Shown piece by piece: positions 10,764 to 19,365 of a stretch of 64,000 nucleotides of DNA. Numbering within the stretch: the first letter of the stretch is position 1; each line of letters starts with the position of its first letter. Both the position numbers and the translations under genes were made by a program. Under the pieces are notes generated by a model that worked only from the letters and a program-made list of their open reading frames with translations, ran no database searches and was not told where the DNA came from. This stretch comes from a candidate division FCPU426 bacterium (GTDB taxonomy: Bacteria > Oederibacteriota > Muellerivitia > Muellerivitales > Muellerivitaceae). Location of the stretch: positions 32,001 through 96,000 of the forward strand of contig CAWHOE010000046.1 of NCBI GenBank assembly GCA_963830915.1, given 5' to 3'.

Positions 10764-11060
10764 TCAATTCACATGCATGAGAATCTTTATACCTAGCGGG
10801 GTGATAAAAACCTCGTCCTCAAGCTTAAAGCCTACCCATCCGGAGTCACAAAAATGCTCCAGGACCAATCTCAGTTTGAGTGTATTCCAGCCTAAAGTCC
10901 TCGGCAATTCATCCTTGGAAATGGCATCCACCCCTTGGATGTAGTTGTGATCTCTCAAGTAGATCAATACCGACATTTCTTCGCTGGGTGTTATTGGAGG
11001 CAATGGATTTGACCATTCGGCCACAATTGATCCTTTAAATGAAATCCACACGGTCGACAC
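10764..11060 (-). CDS. Hypothetical protein, possible winged-helix fold
   Basis: LRLVLEHFCDSGWV...VFITPLG resembles the end of a wHTH wing; divergent from the XRE gene. Confidence 0.4.
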   Translation of the reverse strand: MSTVWISFKGSIVAEWSNPLPPITPSEEMSVLIYLRDHNYIQGVDAISKDELPRTLGWNTLKLRLVLEHFCDSGWVGFKLEDEVFITPLGIKILMHVN

Positions 11061-11206
11061 GGCTTTTTGGCGAGATACTTTTTAGGCAGTTTCAAACTTT
11101 GTTCATCGATAAAACCGAATCAAAATCGGCATATATGGGATATATACGATTCACACCTTGAAATTACCAAACGAACATCACAAGCTTATATAAGAAGCCA
11201 CAATTT

Positions 11207-11230
11207 AAAACTGGCATATATGCCGGTTTT
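11207..11230. promoter_or_regulatory. 24-bp near-perfect palindrome, candidate XRE operator (weaker copy at 11122-11143)
   Basis: AAAACTGGCATATATGCCGGTTTT has one mismatched pair; related AAAATCGGCATATATGGGATAT lies upstream. Confidence 0.6.
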
Positions 11231-11255
11231 TTGACCAGTGTGTTTCTAGGATGAT

Positions 11256-11543
11256 GTGGTGATGAAGATGAATGAAAAACAGTTCGAACAGCTCAAAAAG
11301 AATTTAGGCAGGCGGATAGGGGAATTACGGGCCCAGAGGAGATTTACCCAAGCCCAATTCGCCGAAAAGTTGGAAAGATCCGTCAGTGTGATCCAGGCTT
11401 GGGAAACAGGCCGAAATTTCACCATCAAGACCCTATTTCTCATTACAACGACCCTGAATTATCCCATAAAAGAGATATTCAAAAAACCGGTCAAACCCAT
11501 GCCCAAACGCGGTCGGCCCCGCCACGATACCCGCCACAAATAA
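11256..11543 (+). CDS. XRE/Cro-C1-family HTH regulator
   Basis: LGRRIGELRAQRRFTQAQFAEKL..VIQAWETGRN is an HTH_3 pattern. The start may be a downstream ATG. Confidence 0.85.
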   Translation: MVMKMNEKQFEQLKKNLGRRIGELRAQRRFTQAQFAEKLERSVSVIQAWETGRNFTIKTLFLITTTLNYPIKEIFKKPVKPMPKRGRPRHDTRHK

Positions 11544-11600
11544 AGCCTAAGCCGCGCCGAGGTTCCTTGGGGCTAAGAAAACCACGCCAATCCTGGTTAC

Positions 11601-12481
11601 CTATCCGTTCATCCTTTTGACCCGGTCCTGAACTTCCTTTTCAAAACGTTCCATATAGCCCTTCACATAGTTCATCAGGTCCAGTTTCTCATCCCGAACC
11701 AGGGGCGTCAGGTCCATGCCCCAGATCAGAGCCTGATGCTCATCCACCTCATGGCTTTCGAAGAAGGTGGCGTTGGCCAGCCGTCTTCCCTTCACCGCCG
11801 CGTCATACCTTTTGCCCCCGGCGATCTGGGATTCGAACACGCCCATCAACACATCCCCTAACTCATCCCCGCCGTCCACCGGCATCACCACCTTGTCCGG
11901 ATCGCAGAGCCAATCCAGGTTGCGCCAAACCTCGCAACCGATGACCTTCTTGGGCCGGTCCTTTTTGGGAAGGGTCCGGACCGCCGTGATGAGTCGTGAG
12001 ACCACCGCTACATGGGTATCATGCTTGTCCGCCAGGTTGTGGGTATAGACGACCTGGGGCCGGCAGGCCTTGAGGATGGCGACGTAATCCTTGATGACCG
12101 ACTGGTTCTTGGTGTCCTTGACGGCCTTGCTGGGATGGTCGAGGAGGAATTGGGCCGAGTAATCCCCGATCACGGCCGCTTTTTTTGCTCCTCACGCCGA
12201 ACGGCCATCATTTGAGCGTCCGTATATTGGGCGTAGGGCCCGCTCCTGGCGCTCCCCGCTCCATCGGTGGTCACCACCCCGGTGAACCACTTGTCCTTCT
12301 TCCCGAAACATTCCAGGATGCCATGGTAGGCCATGAATTCCAGGTCGTCCGCGTGGGCCGAGATACCCAGGTGGGTGGTACGTTTCAAGGCCGAAGCGAT
12401 CGGAATACCGTCCGGGACATAGACTTCCCCGCCTTTATTCATCAAACGGATCGAGGTTTTAGAGTTCTTTTTCATCGTCAT
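11601..12481 (-). CDS. PIG-L/LmbE-family N-deacetylase, split by a frameshift at the A7 run (12180-12186)
   Basis: AHADDLE metal motif and RREEQ in ORF 12170-12481; HDTH motif in ORF 11601-12173. One extra A joins them as EEQKKAAVIGDY. Confidence 0.85.
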
Positions 12482-12486
12482 CCTTT

Positions 12487-13896
12487 TTATTTATTGATCC
12501 TGGGCAGGCTGGCCGCGGCGATGGCCTGGCCCACCCTTCGGCTCGCCTCGTCCGGCAGGTGGATCTGGATCCTCTCGGCCAGGACCCGATCCTCGGCCCG
12601 AAGGACTTCCCTGGCCTTGGAAAGGATGATCTCCCCGCCGACCCCCGAGGTCACCCGCCCCAGGATCAAGACCTGTTTCATCTTGTAAAAAGAAGCGTAT
12701 TGGGCCAGGGCGTAGCCCAGGTAGACCCCGATGGTCTGGAAGATGGGCAACACCTTTTCCGGCTGGGTCTTCAACAGTTCCTGGACCCGCTTGAGCTTGG
12801 CCCCGGGATTCATTCCCGCCTCGAATTCCACCCCCACTTTGGGCGCCAGCCGGATGACCGCGTCCTGGGAGAAATAATTCACGCCCGTCCCCGCGTCCCC
12901 CGACCATTCCACGTCCACCGGCGCCTGGTCCGAGTAATCCACCGGTGCGAAGGCCAGTTCGTTCAGCCAGCCCGTGATGGAACCTCTTTCGTCCACGTAG
13001 CCCACCGCCTGGCTGGTCCCCATGGCGATGCCCAGGACCGGCTGATCGTTGAGGCTCATGGCCCCGGCCAGGGCCGTTACGTCGCCGTCATTGGCCACCT
13101 CGATAGGCACGTTCCCCCACTTCCTGGCGATATCGGGATAGAGGTTCTTGATCCTTTTTTCGAATTGGTCGACCGGGACCTTCCGGAACAGGGAGGCCAC
13201 CCTGGTCTTGTTGTCGATGAAGATGCCGGCCGAGGAAACCCCGATGGCGTCGATACGGGGCAGGTGCTCGGCGGCCAGGCGTATGGAATCATCCACCCCG
13301 TCGAAATGGTATTGGGGATCGGTCTGGATCTTCGGTTCCCATACCACCTCGCAGGAAAAGACTTCCTTGCCGTCGATGACCGCCGCAACCTTCCGGTCGC
13401 TTCCGCCGGCGTCGAACCCGACGCGGCATCCTTCCAGGTGACGGCCCAGGGGGGCGGCCTTCTCTATTTCCTCGGGAAAATCCTTTTCTGTTGTTTCCAC
13501 GACTTCGAAGTTGGGTTTCTCATAGACGCCCGCCATAAATTCCCCATCGAAGGCCCTGGGACCCGTGGGTGAATAAGCCTTTTTCAAATGGGCCGCCACC
13601 TCATGCGAGCCAGTCACAAAAACCTTGGCTCCACCTTTTTGCCACAGCAGGAATTTGAGGACCCGTTCGGCGTATCGAAGGTTCAAATGGGCTTGTGGAT
13701 GGTCCTTGGGAAGGATGGCGCTGTGGAAAACCGAGACGCTACCGGCCGACCTTTCCAGGGCCAGGCCCAGCATCAAAGGTTTGCCCGTCTTGATGGCCGC
13801 TTCCTGAAAAGCCTTGTTGCCCAAATAGGCGGGACGGAAATCTTGGTCCAGAGTTGGAGTTATCTTGGGTTTAATTTCCAGTAAGGATTCGGGCAT
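12487..13896 (-). CDS. ROK-family sugar kinase-like protein with N-terminal extension
   Basis: GFDAGGS ATP-binding motif, ANDGDVTALAG, MGTS..G, GWLNELAFAP. Confidence 0.85.
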   Translation of the reverse strand: MPESLLEIKPKITPTLDQDFRPAYLGNKAFQEAAIKTGKPLMLGLALERSAGSVSVFHSAILPKDHPQAHLNLRYAERVLKFLLWQKGGAKVFVTGSHEVAAHLKKAYSPTGPRAFDGEFMAGVYEKPNFEVVETTEKDFPEEIEKAAPLGRHLEGCRVGFDAGGSDRKVAAVIDGKEVFSCEVVWEPKIQTDPQYHFDGVDDSIRLAAEHLPRIDAIGVSSAGIFIDNKTRVASLFRKVPVDQFEKRIKNLYPDIARKWGNVPIEVANDGDVTALAGAMSLNDQPVLGIAMGTSQAVGYVDERGSITGWLNELAFAPVDYSDQAPVDVEWSGDAGTGVNYFSQDAVIRLAPKVGVEFEAGMNPGAKLKRVQELLKTQPEKVLPIFQTIGVYLGYALAQYASFYKMKQVLILGRVTSGVGGEIILSKAREVLRAEDRVLAERIQIHLPDEASRRVGQAIAAASLPRINK

Positions 13897-13905
13897 GGGG
13901 GAACC

Positions 13906-15579
13906 TCATTTACCTTGGGTTGTTGTAGCAACTTTCGCCTTTTCAGCCGTTACCACGTTCTGGTTATAACTGGGCAGGACTCTGATAGAAGCGACCTGGA
14001 CCCCGATCTTGGGATCCTTTCCCGGCGCGTGATTCAAGGCGAATTCCAGGACCCTGTTCCACTTGAAGGGACCCGAAACGTTCTGTTTGGAGGCTGCGTC
14101 CCAGCGTCGGCCTTCCGTGGGAAAATCAGCCAGGGGAATGGTCACCAGGGTCCAGCCGTTGGTCACCTGGGCGTACTGTGCCAGGGGCAATGTTATCTGC
14201 AGGTCGTATTTTTCGTCATCCGTCAGGCCCTTTTCCATGACGAAACCCACATCGACCAACTCCCCGCCTTTGGAACCCCTGATATAGAACTGCAAGGCTC
14301 CTTTATCCACATAAGCCGAAAGGTTCTTGCGGTCCACTCCAATACCAGCCCCGGACCAATCGTCCCCCTTCAAGGTCATATCCACCCAACGCCTTCCATT
14401 TTGTTCGACCACTGCGATCTTGGAATCAGGCTCGGGATAAACGTAGGTATAGCTAGGAGGAAGGCCGTCCGTTACGAAATCCTTGGGTCCGGAAGAGTCC
14501 GCCGTGCCCGAACCAGCGGGCAAAAGGGCCACCGTCGCTGTGGCCGCTTTTTGGAAAACATCCCAGAACTGCGGGTCTTCGCATCCGAAATACCAGACAG
14601 CCACACCCGCCAATTTATAACGCTTAGCGATATCGGCCTTGGGATAGAAGGATTGGGCGTCCGGGATCCAGGCCTCATGCCGGTCCCCGTAATCCAGTTT
14701 GAGTTCCTGGCTGTTATCCGTGTCGCGGACCGGCTGGGCGTTGTTCTTGTCGCAAAGAGCTTTGAATTGGTCCCAGGTTATCGTGTCCCCCTGGTTGAAT
14801 TTCCAGTCATAACCATAGGTCGGTACCCCTTCCTCCACCTTGCCCGCCCCGACGGCGGACGCGGCGTAGCGGATGATGGTTTCCGTCCATTCGGGCGCCG
14901 CGATGGGCCCGGCGGTCGAGGTATTCCAATGTTGGTCGTAGGTCATGGGGACCATCTCGTCCACGGCCTTGCCGATGGCCTCATAATCCTGGGCCTTGGG
15001 ACCATCCCAGGTCCCCACTGAGTCGGACTTGCCATGGACCGCGATGCCAGCCAGAAGTTTGTTCTTATGGCAAGCGGAGGCAAAACGGGTCATAAAATTC
15101 GTGAAAGCGTCCTTGTCAGCGGCTTTCAGGTTCTCATAGTCGATCTGGATACCCTTCACCTTTTCCTTCTTGGCGATCTTGATCAGGGCGGCGATATGCT
15201 TCTTCTCCAGGTCCGGGTCATAAAGGAACTTCTGGATGCGTTTGGCGTCGTGGTCCATGATCTCGTTGCTCCAGTTGCCGATCATGAACCAGGTCTGGCA
15301 TCTGCCCTTCTTGGCCGCGGCCATGGCCCGCGCCTTCAGTTCACGCGTGGCTTCCTTCACAGCCTCGGGCATCCCATCGGCTCCGCATTTGAACCACTCG
15401 AAATAGACCCGGTCGATCACGGAAGCGTGTTTTTCGAAAACATCGAGTGATTGATTATCCTTATCCCAGAATATGACCCAACCCGCCAGACCGAGGGGAC
15501 CCTTGTTCTTGAGAGGGGCGGCCAAAAGCAACCCAGGCAGTAAGATGAGGACTGTCAGGATATGAAAAGTTCGTTTCAT
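13906..15579 (-). CDS. Secreted GH18 (chitinase/YaaH-like) with C-terminal carbohydrate-binding-like domain
   Basis: Signal peptide; GIQIDYE catalytic motif; MTYDQH; GVPTYGYDW; GVAVWYFG; C-terminal LQFYIRG..GGE..W..VTIPLADF beta-sandwich. Confidence 0.85.
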   Translation of the reverse strand: MKRTFHILTVLILLPGLLLAAPLKNKGPLGLAGWVIFWDKDNQSLDVFEKHASVIDRVYFEWFKCGADGMPEAVKEATRELKARAMAAAKKGRCQTWFMIGNWSNEIMDHDAKRIQKFLYDPDLEKKHIAALIKIAKKEKVKGIQIDYENLKAADKDAFTNFMTRFASACHKNKLLAGIAVHGKSDSVGTWDGPKAQDYEAIGKAVDEMVPMTYDQHWNTSTAGPIAAPEWTETIIRYAASAVGAGKVEEGVPTYGYDWKFNQGDTITWDQFKALCDKNNAQPVRDTDNSQELKLDYGDRHEAWIPDAQSFYPKADIAKRYKLAGVAVWYFGCEDPQFWDVFQKAATATVALLPAGSGTADSSGPKDFVTDGLPPSYTYVYPEPDSKIAVVEQNGRRWVDMTLKGDDWSGAGIGVDRKNLSAYVDKGALQFYIRGSKGGELVDVGFVMEKGLTDDEKYDLQITLPLAQYAQVTNGWTLVTIPLADFPTEGRRWDAASKQNVSGPFKWNRVLEFALNHAPGKDPKIGVQVASIRVLPSYNQNVVTAEKAKVATTTQGK

Positions 15580-15604
15580 GCTTCCTCCCAATGAAAACTA
15601 TTTA

Positions 15605-15737
15605 ACCACCAAGTTCACCAAGGGCACCAAGAAAACCAAAAATTTTTAATGAATCCTTCCCAAACCGGGTCCAATTCGGTTATAGGTTTTCACAAAAAGT
15701 ATTTAGCCTTCTTGGTGCCCTTGGTGTCCTTGGTGGT
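15605..15737. repeat. Intergenic inverted-repeat element with 9-bp periodic arms (REP/MITE-like)
   Basis: Left arm ACCACCAAGTTCACCAAGGGCACCAAGAA (15605-15633) matches the reverse complement of 15709-15737 at 27 of 29 positions. Confidence 0.85.
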
Positions 15738-15755
15738 CAATATTTTTTTTTACCA

Positions 15756-17099
15756 CTAAAACAAAAATGGTATCACTGTCGGTTGGGCGGCCGGCTTGGC
15801 TGCGGTCGAGTCCCTGACCGGAGGGTCGCTCTTCAGTTCCTCCGACAACTGGGACACGGCCTCCTGGGCGCTGATGGAACCTTCCCACAACTTATCGAAC
15901 AAAGGCGTCGCCATGGAATTGCGTATCTCCCTCCAGTTGGAAGCCCTGGGCTCGTCGATCCCGGCCAAAGCGGCCTTGAGGAGCATTTTTTTGTTCAGGG
16001 GCGGTTTTCCATCCAAGAAGGCGGGTGATTCGGCGATAGCTTTCAGGGCCGGCTGGGACAATCCCAGTTGGGCGAATTGTTTGGCGCCCTCTGGGCCCGC
16101 GATATATTCCAACAATTCCCAGGCTTCCTTTTTATGCGCGGAGGACTTCAAAATTCCATAACCCGAACCGCCGGTTTGGTACTGACAAACGCCTTTGGGA
16201 CCCTTGGGAACCATGACCACATCCCATTTGAAATTCTTGATATCCCTGAATTGGGGCGTCTTCCAGATGCCCGATAGGAACATGGCCGCCTGGCCGTTTT
16301 GGAACAAGTCCGACCCGCCCAAACCTCCCATGGCCGCCAGATTCTCCGGGCCGGGCGCGACTTTGTCCTTCAAGACCATGTCCATCCGGAATTGCAGTCC
16401 CTTGATGAAACCGGGGCTATTGAAGAGATATTTGGACGGGAACAACTCGTCATCCACCCATCGGCCTCCCGCCGAATAGACCCAAGGCTCGATGATGGTC
16501 CAATCATCCACGAAACCCCATCGCTGGGTGTTGCCCTTGGCGTCCCTTTTGGTCACGGCCCTAGCGGTCGCCAGGAACTGGCTCCAATCCCATGAATCCT
16601 TCGGATAGGCCACCTTGGCCTCGTCAAAAGCCTTTTGGTTGTAATAGATCACGCAAACCGGCGCCAGGTCCCGGGGGATGGCCACCAGATGGCCGTCCAT
16701 GGTGAAGCGTTTGATGAGGCAAGGATAGAAATCCTTGGGTTGGAAAAGTTTCGAGGTCTTCACATAGTCATCCAGGTTTTCCAACACACCCCGGGGATAA
16801 AGCTCGGCCACATTATCAGTGGAGATGAAGACCACATCGGGCGCCATGTTGCCTGCCGATTGGGTGAGGAACTTGGTCATGTATTCCTGGAAAGGGACCC
16901 TTTCCAATTCCACCACGATATTGGGATGGGTCTTCTGGAACTCGATGATGAGGTTGGTCAGGATTTGGTTTTCCTTAACGTCACCCCAAGAGGAAAGCTT
17001 TAGATAGGTTTTGGTCGGGTCGAGGGGCGGTTTTGAACAGCCCAAGAACAAAAAGCCGACGATCAACAAGACCAAGCTAGTTTTGAACGAATCTTTCAT
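15756..17099 (-). CDS. Sugar ABC transporter substrate-binding lipoprotein
   Basis: Lipobox FLGC; APDVVF, IYYNQKAFD, LFQNGQAAMF..G.W are SBP family 1 motifs. Confidence 0.9.
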   Translation of the reverse strand: MKDSFKTSLVLLIVGFLFLGCSKPPLDPTKTYLKLSSWGDVKENQILTNLIIEFQKTHPNIVVELERVPFQEYMTKFLTQSAGNMAPDVVFISTDNVAELYPRGVLENLDDYVKTSKLFQPKDFYPCLIKRFTMDGHLVAIPRDLAPVCVIYYNQKAFDEAKVAYPKDSWDWSQFLATARAVTKRDAKGNTQRWGFVDDWTIIEPWVYSAGGRWVDDELFPSKYLFNSPGFIKGLQFRMDMVLKDKVAPGPENLAAMGGLGGSDLFQNGQAAMFLSGIWKTPQFRDIKNFKWDVVMVPKGPKGVCQYQTGGSGYGILKSSAHKKEAWELLEYIAGPEGAKQFAQLGLSQPALKAIAESPAFLDGKPPLNKKMLLKAALAGIDEPRASNWREIRNSMATPLFDKLWEGSISAQEAVSQLSEELKSDPPVRDSTAAKPAAQPTVIPFLF

Positions 17100-18127
17100 G
17101 GTTTTCTTTTAACTCCGTTCGGTCCCAGATTTTTTCTATAGGTATGCCCTGCCAATTTCCAAACCTTGTCCGGATCGTCAGGTGAGATCAAGGATACATG
17201 CTTGCAGGCCTCGAATCCCCAGACCGCCACCCAATCCGCCCCGCCGTCCACGCAGCCCTGGATACTGTCCGCCACATCCTCCTCGTAACCCTTGGGTATC
17301 TTGAACCCCTTGACCCACATCAGTAAGGGTTTCTTGTACTTCCGGCTCCATTCCTTCATCTGTTCGGTATGTTCCTCCGCGAAACTCCGGACATCCTTCG
17401 GCCTTTGCCCTGGTTCGTACTCGAAATAGGTCTCCCCGCCCATCATCTGGACGGTCGGCTCCTTGCACATGGATTCCAGGAACCATTTTTTCTCACCGGG
17501 AAGGAATGTCATGGCGTTCTTGGTCTTTCGGGAGGCGGCATAGCGAGTGAGGGTCAAAAGGAACTTTTGGATACAGCGTCGTTTGAATTCCTTCACTTCC
17601 TCGGTCTGGACCTTGGGCAGATCTTTCCCGGTCTCTTTCTTGAATTTCGCCTTACAAATTCCGCAAAGACAGGACCAGGCTTTGGAACCTTTGGCCCAAC
17701 CGCCCAGGGTATCCAACCAATTCAAGTAGAAATGGGGCTCATCCCAGAGGATATAGTCAGGTTTGAAGGATGCGGCGACGTCGACCCATTTTTTCAAGTA
17801 TCTCATCAAAGCCGGGGAGTTGACGCATAGGGCCGGGGCTTGCTTGCCGTCGCTTCGGACTTGCCTTTCCTCGGGATGCCACATGGGCAGGTGGGTCATG
17901 GCTTCCCCGCCGAAGACCCCGCCAATCATCCAGGGGTCGATCAAGACGGTTAACCCCTGCTTTTTCGCCGCGGCCACCATCTTCCGGAAGGTTTCCACGT
18001 GGTAGAGAAGGCTGTTCTCGGAAAAGGTGAGCACGATGAAGGAACAACCTGTCTTGCGGACTTCCTTCATGTCGGTCACAAAATGCTTCAGGATGATGTT
18101 GTCGAAATAGGCCGTTCCGAATTTCAT
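17096..18127 (-). CDS. Cytoplasmic TIM-barrel glycoside hydrolase-like protein, family unassigned
   Basis: FGTAYF start, DM..V...G pattern, ILWDEP (clan-A-like acid/base), CLC..C cluster reminiscent of GH42; no signal peptide; 4-bp overlap with the SBP gene. Confidence 0.65.
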   Translation of the reverse strand: MKFGTAYFDNIILKHFVTDMKEVRKTGCSFIVLTFSENSLLYHVETFRKMVAAAKKQGLTVLIDPWMIGGVFGGEAMTHLPMWHPEERQVRSDGKQAPALCVNSPALMRYLKKWVDVAASFKPDYILWDEPHFYLNWLDTLGGWAKGSKAWSCLCGICKAKFKKETGKDLPKVQTEEVKEFKRRCIQKFLLTLTRYAASRKTKNAMTFLPGEKKWFLESMCKEPTVQMMGGETYFEYEPGQRPKDVRSFAEEHTEQMKEWSRKYKKPLLMWVKGFKIPKGYEEDVADSIQGCVDGGADWVAVWGFEACKHVSLISPDDPDKVWKLAGHTYRKNLGPNGVKRKP

Positions 18128-18152
18128 TCAAAATCCTTTTAACTTATTTTTC

Positions 18153-18228
18153 ACCACAGAGACACAGAGTCACAGCAAGTATTTTTTTAACTTACTACCA
18201 ATAGCCTTAATCTCTGTGCCTCTGTGGT
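18153..18228. repeat. Intergenic inverted-repeat element ACCACAGAG.CACAGAG
   Basis: 18153-18169 matches the reverse complement of 18212-18228 at 16 of 17 positions; arms have an 8-bp period. Confidence 0.8.
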
Positions 18229-18234
18229 AAATTT

Positions 18235-19311
18235 TTATTTCGTTTGAGTCACTTTCTTCAAATGGGGGGGCTGGTCTGGATTCAGACCCTTGACCGACGC
18301 CACCGCCAGGGCCAGGGTTTGGATCAAGGGCGCCATCGCCATGGGGTTGGTCTCCTCCGGTCCCCCGGGGGTGCGGATGGGAATGGACGCTTTCTTTAAT
18401 ATGCTCGCCACAGGACTGAACACCATCACCTGGGCGTAGCGGGGCTTGAGCTCGTCCAGCAATTCCACGCTGCCCTTCAGGGTCGGTCCTGGGGGCGCCA
18501 AGAGGATCACCAGGAAATCCCGATTGACCAAGGTCTTGGGGCCATGGTGAAAATCGGCGGTGGAATAGGCGTGGGCCATGACCTGGGCGCATTCCTTGAG
18601 TTTCAAGGCCGTCTCCTGGGCCAACCCATAATGGAAACCCCGGCCCAGCACCACGCAGGTGGAGAGGTGAAGAAACCTATAGGACGCGGTCCAGACATTC
18701 TTGGAAAGTTTGCAGCCTTCCGCGACCAGCTTGGGAAGCGTGGCCAAGGCGGCCTTGGCTTTGGACCCTTTGGAGACCATCTGGACCAGGGCGTACAGCG
18801 CGGCCAGCTCGGTGGTGTAGGTCTTGGTGGCGGCGACGCTCTTTTCCTTGCCGGCGCTTAAAGCGATAGCGTATTCGGAGCCTTTGGCCAGGCGGGAGGC
18901 TGGGTTATTGGTGAACCCAATGGTCAAGGCCCCCTGGTCCCTGGCTGTTTGGATGACCTGGCAAACGTCAGGCCCCTCGCCCGATTGGGAAATGCCGATG
19001 ACCAGGCAGTCCTGGTAACTCACCTCCCCCCCATAGAGGGTCATAACCGAAGGCGCCGCCAGTGAGACAGGCAAACCCCACTCTTTCTCGATCAGGTAGC
19101 GGGCGTAAGTGCCGGCGTTGTCCGAGGTACCCCGGGCGGTCAGGACCACGAACCGGGGACGGCGGTGAAGGACCGCCTCGGCGGCGCTGGCCAGGGCTCC
19201 CCCCTGGGACAAGAGGAGTTTCTTGACGGCTTCGGGACTTTCCAGGATCTCTTTTTCCATGAAGGTTTGGGTGGTCAGCAAGGGCGGTCCTTTCACTTCG
19301 AATGTTGGCAT
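18235..19311 (-). CDS. SIS-domain sugar-phosphate isomerase/deaminase (GlmS C-terminal-like; putative glucosamine-6-phosphate deaminase)
   Basis: ARGTSDNA, ISQSGE, E.SVAATKTY, ETALKLKE, FHHGP, PPHLKKVT; no glutaminase domain. Confidence 0.88.
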   Translation of the reverse strand: MPTFEVKGPPLLTTQTFMEKEILESPEAVKKLLLSQGGALASAAEAVLHRRPRFVVLTARGTSDNAGTYARYLIEKEWGLPVSLAAPSVMTLYGGEVSYQDCLVIGISQSGEGPDVCQVIQTARDQGALTIGFTNNPASRLAKGSEYAIALSAGKEKSVAATKTYTTELAALYALVQMVSKGSKAKAALATLPKLVAEGCKLSKNVWTASYRFLHLSTCVVLGRGFHYGLAQETALKLKECAQVMAHAYSTADFHHGPKTLVNRDFLVILLAPPGPTLKGSVELLDELKPRYAQVMVFSPVASILKKASIPIRTPGGPEETNPMAMAPLIQTLALAVASVKGLNPDQPPHLKKVTQTK

Positions 19312-19365
19312 CCTACCCAAAGATAAAATGATGTGTTATCACTATTTTGCTATTTTAATATCTTT

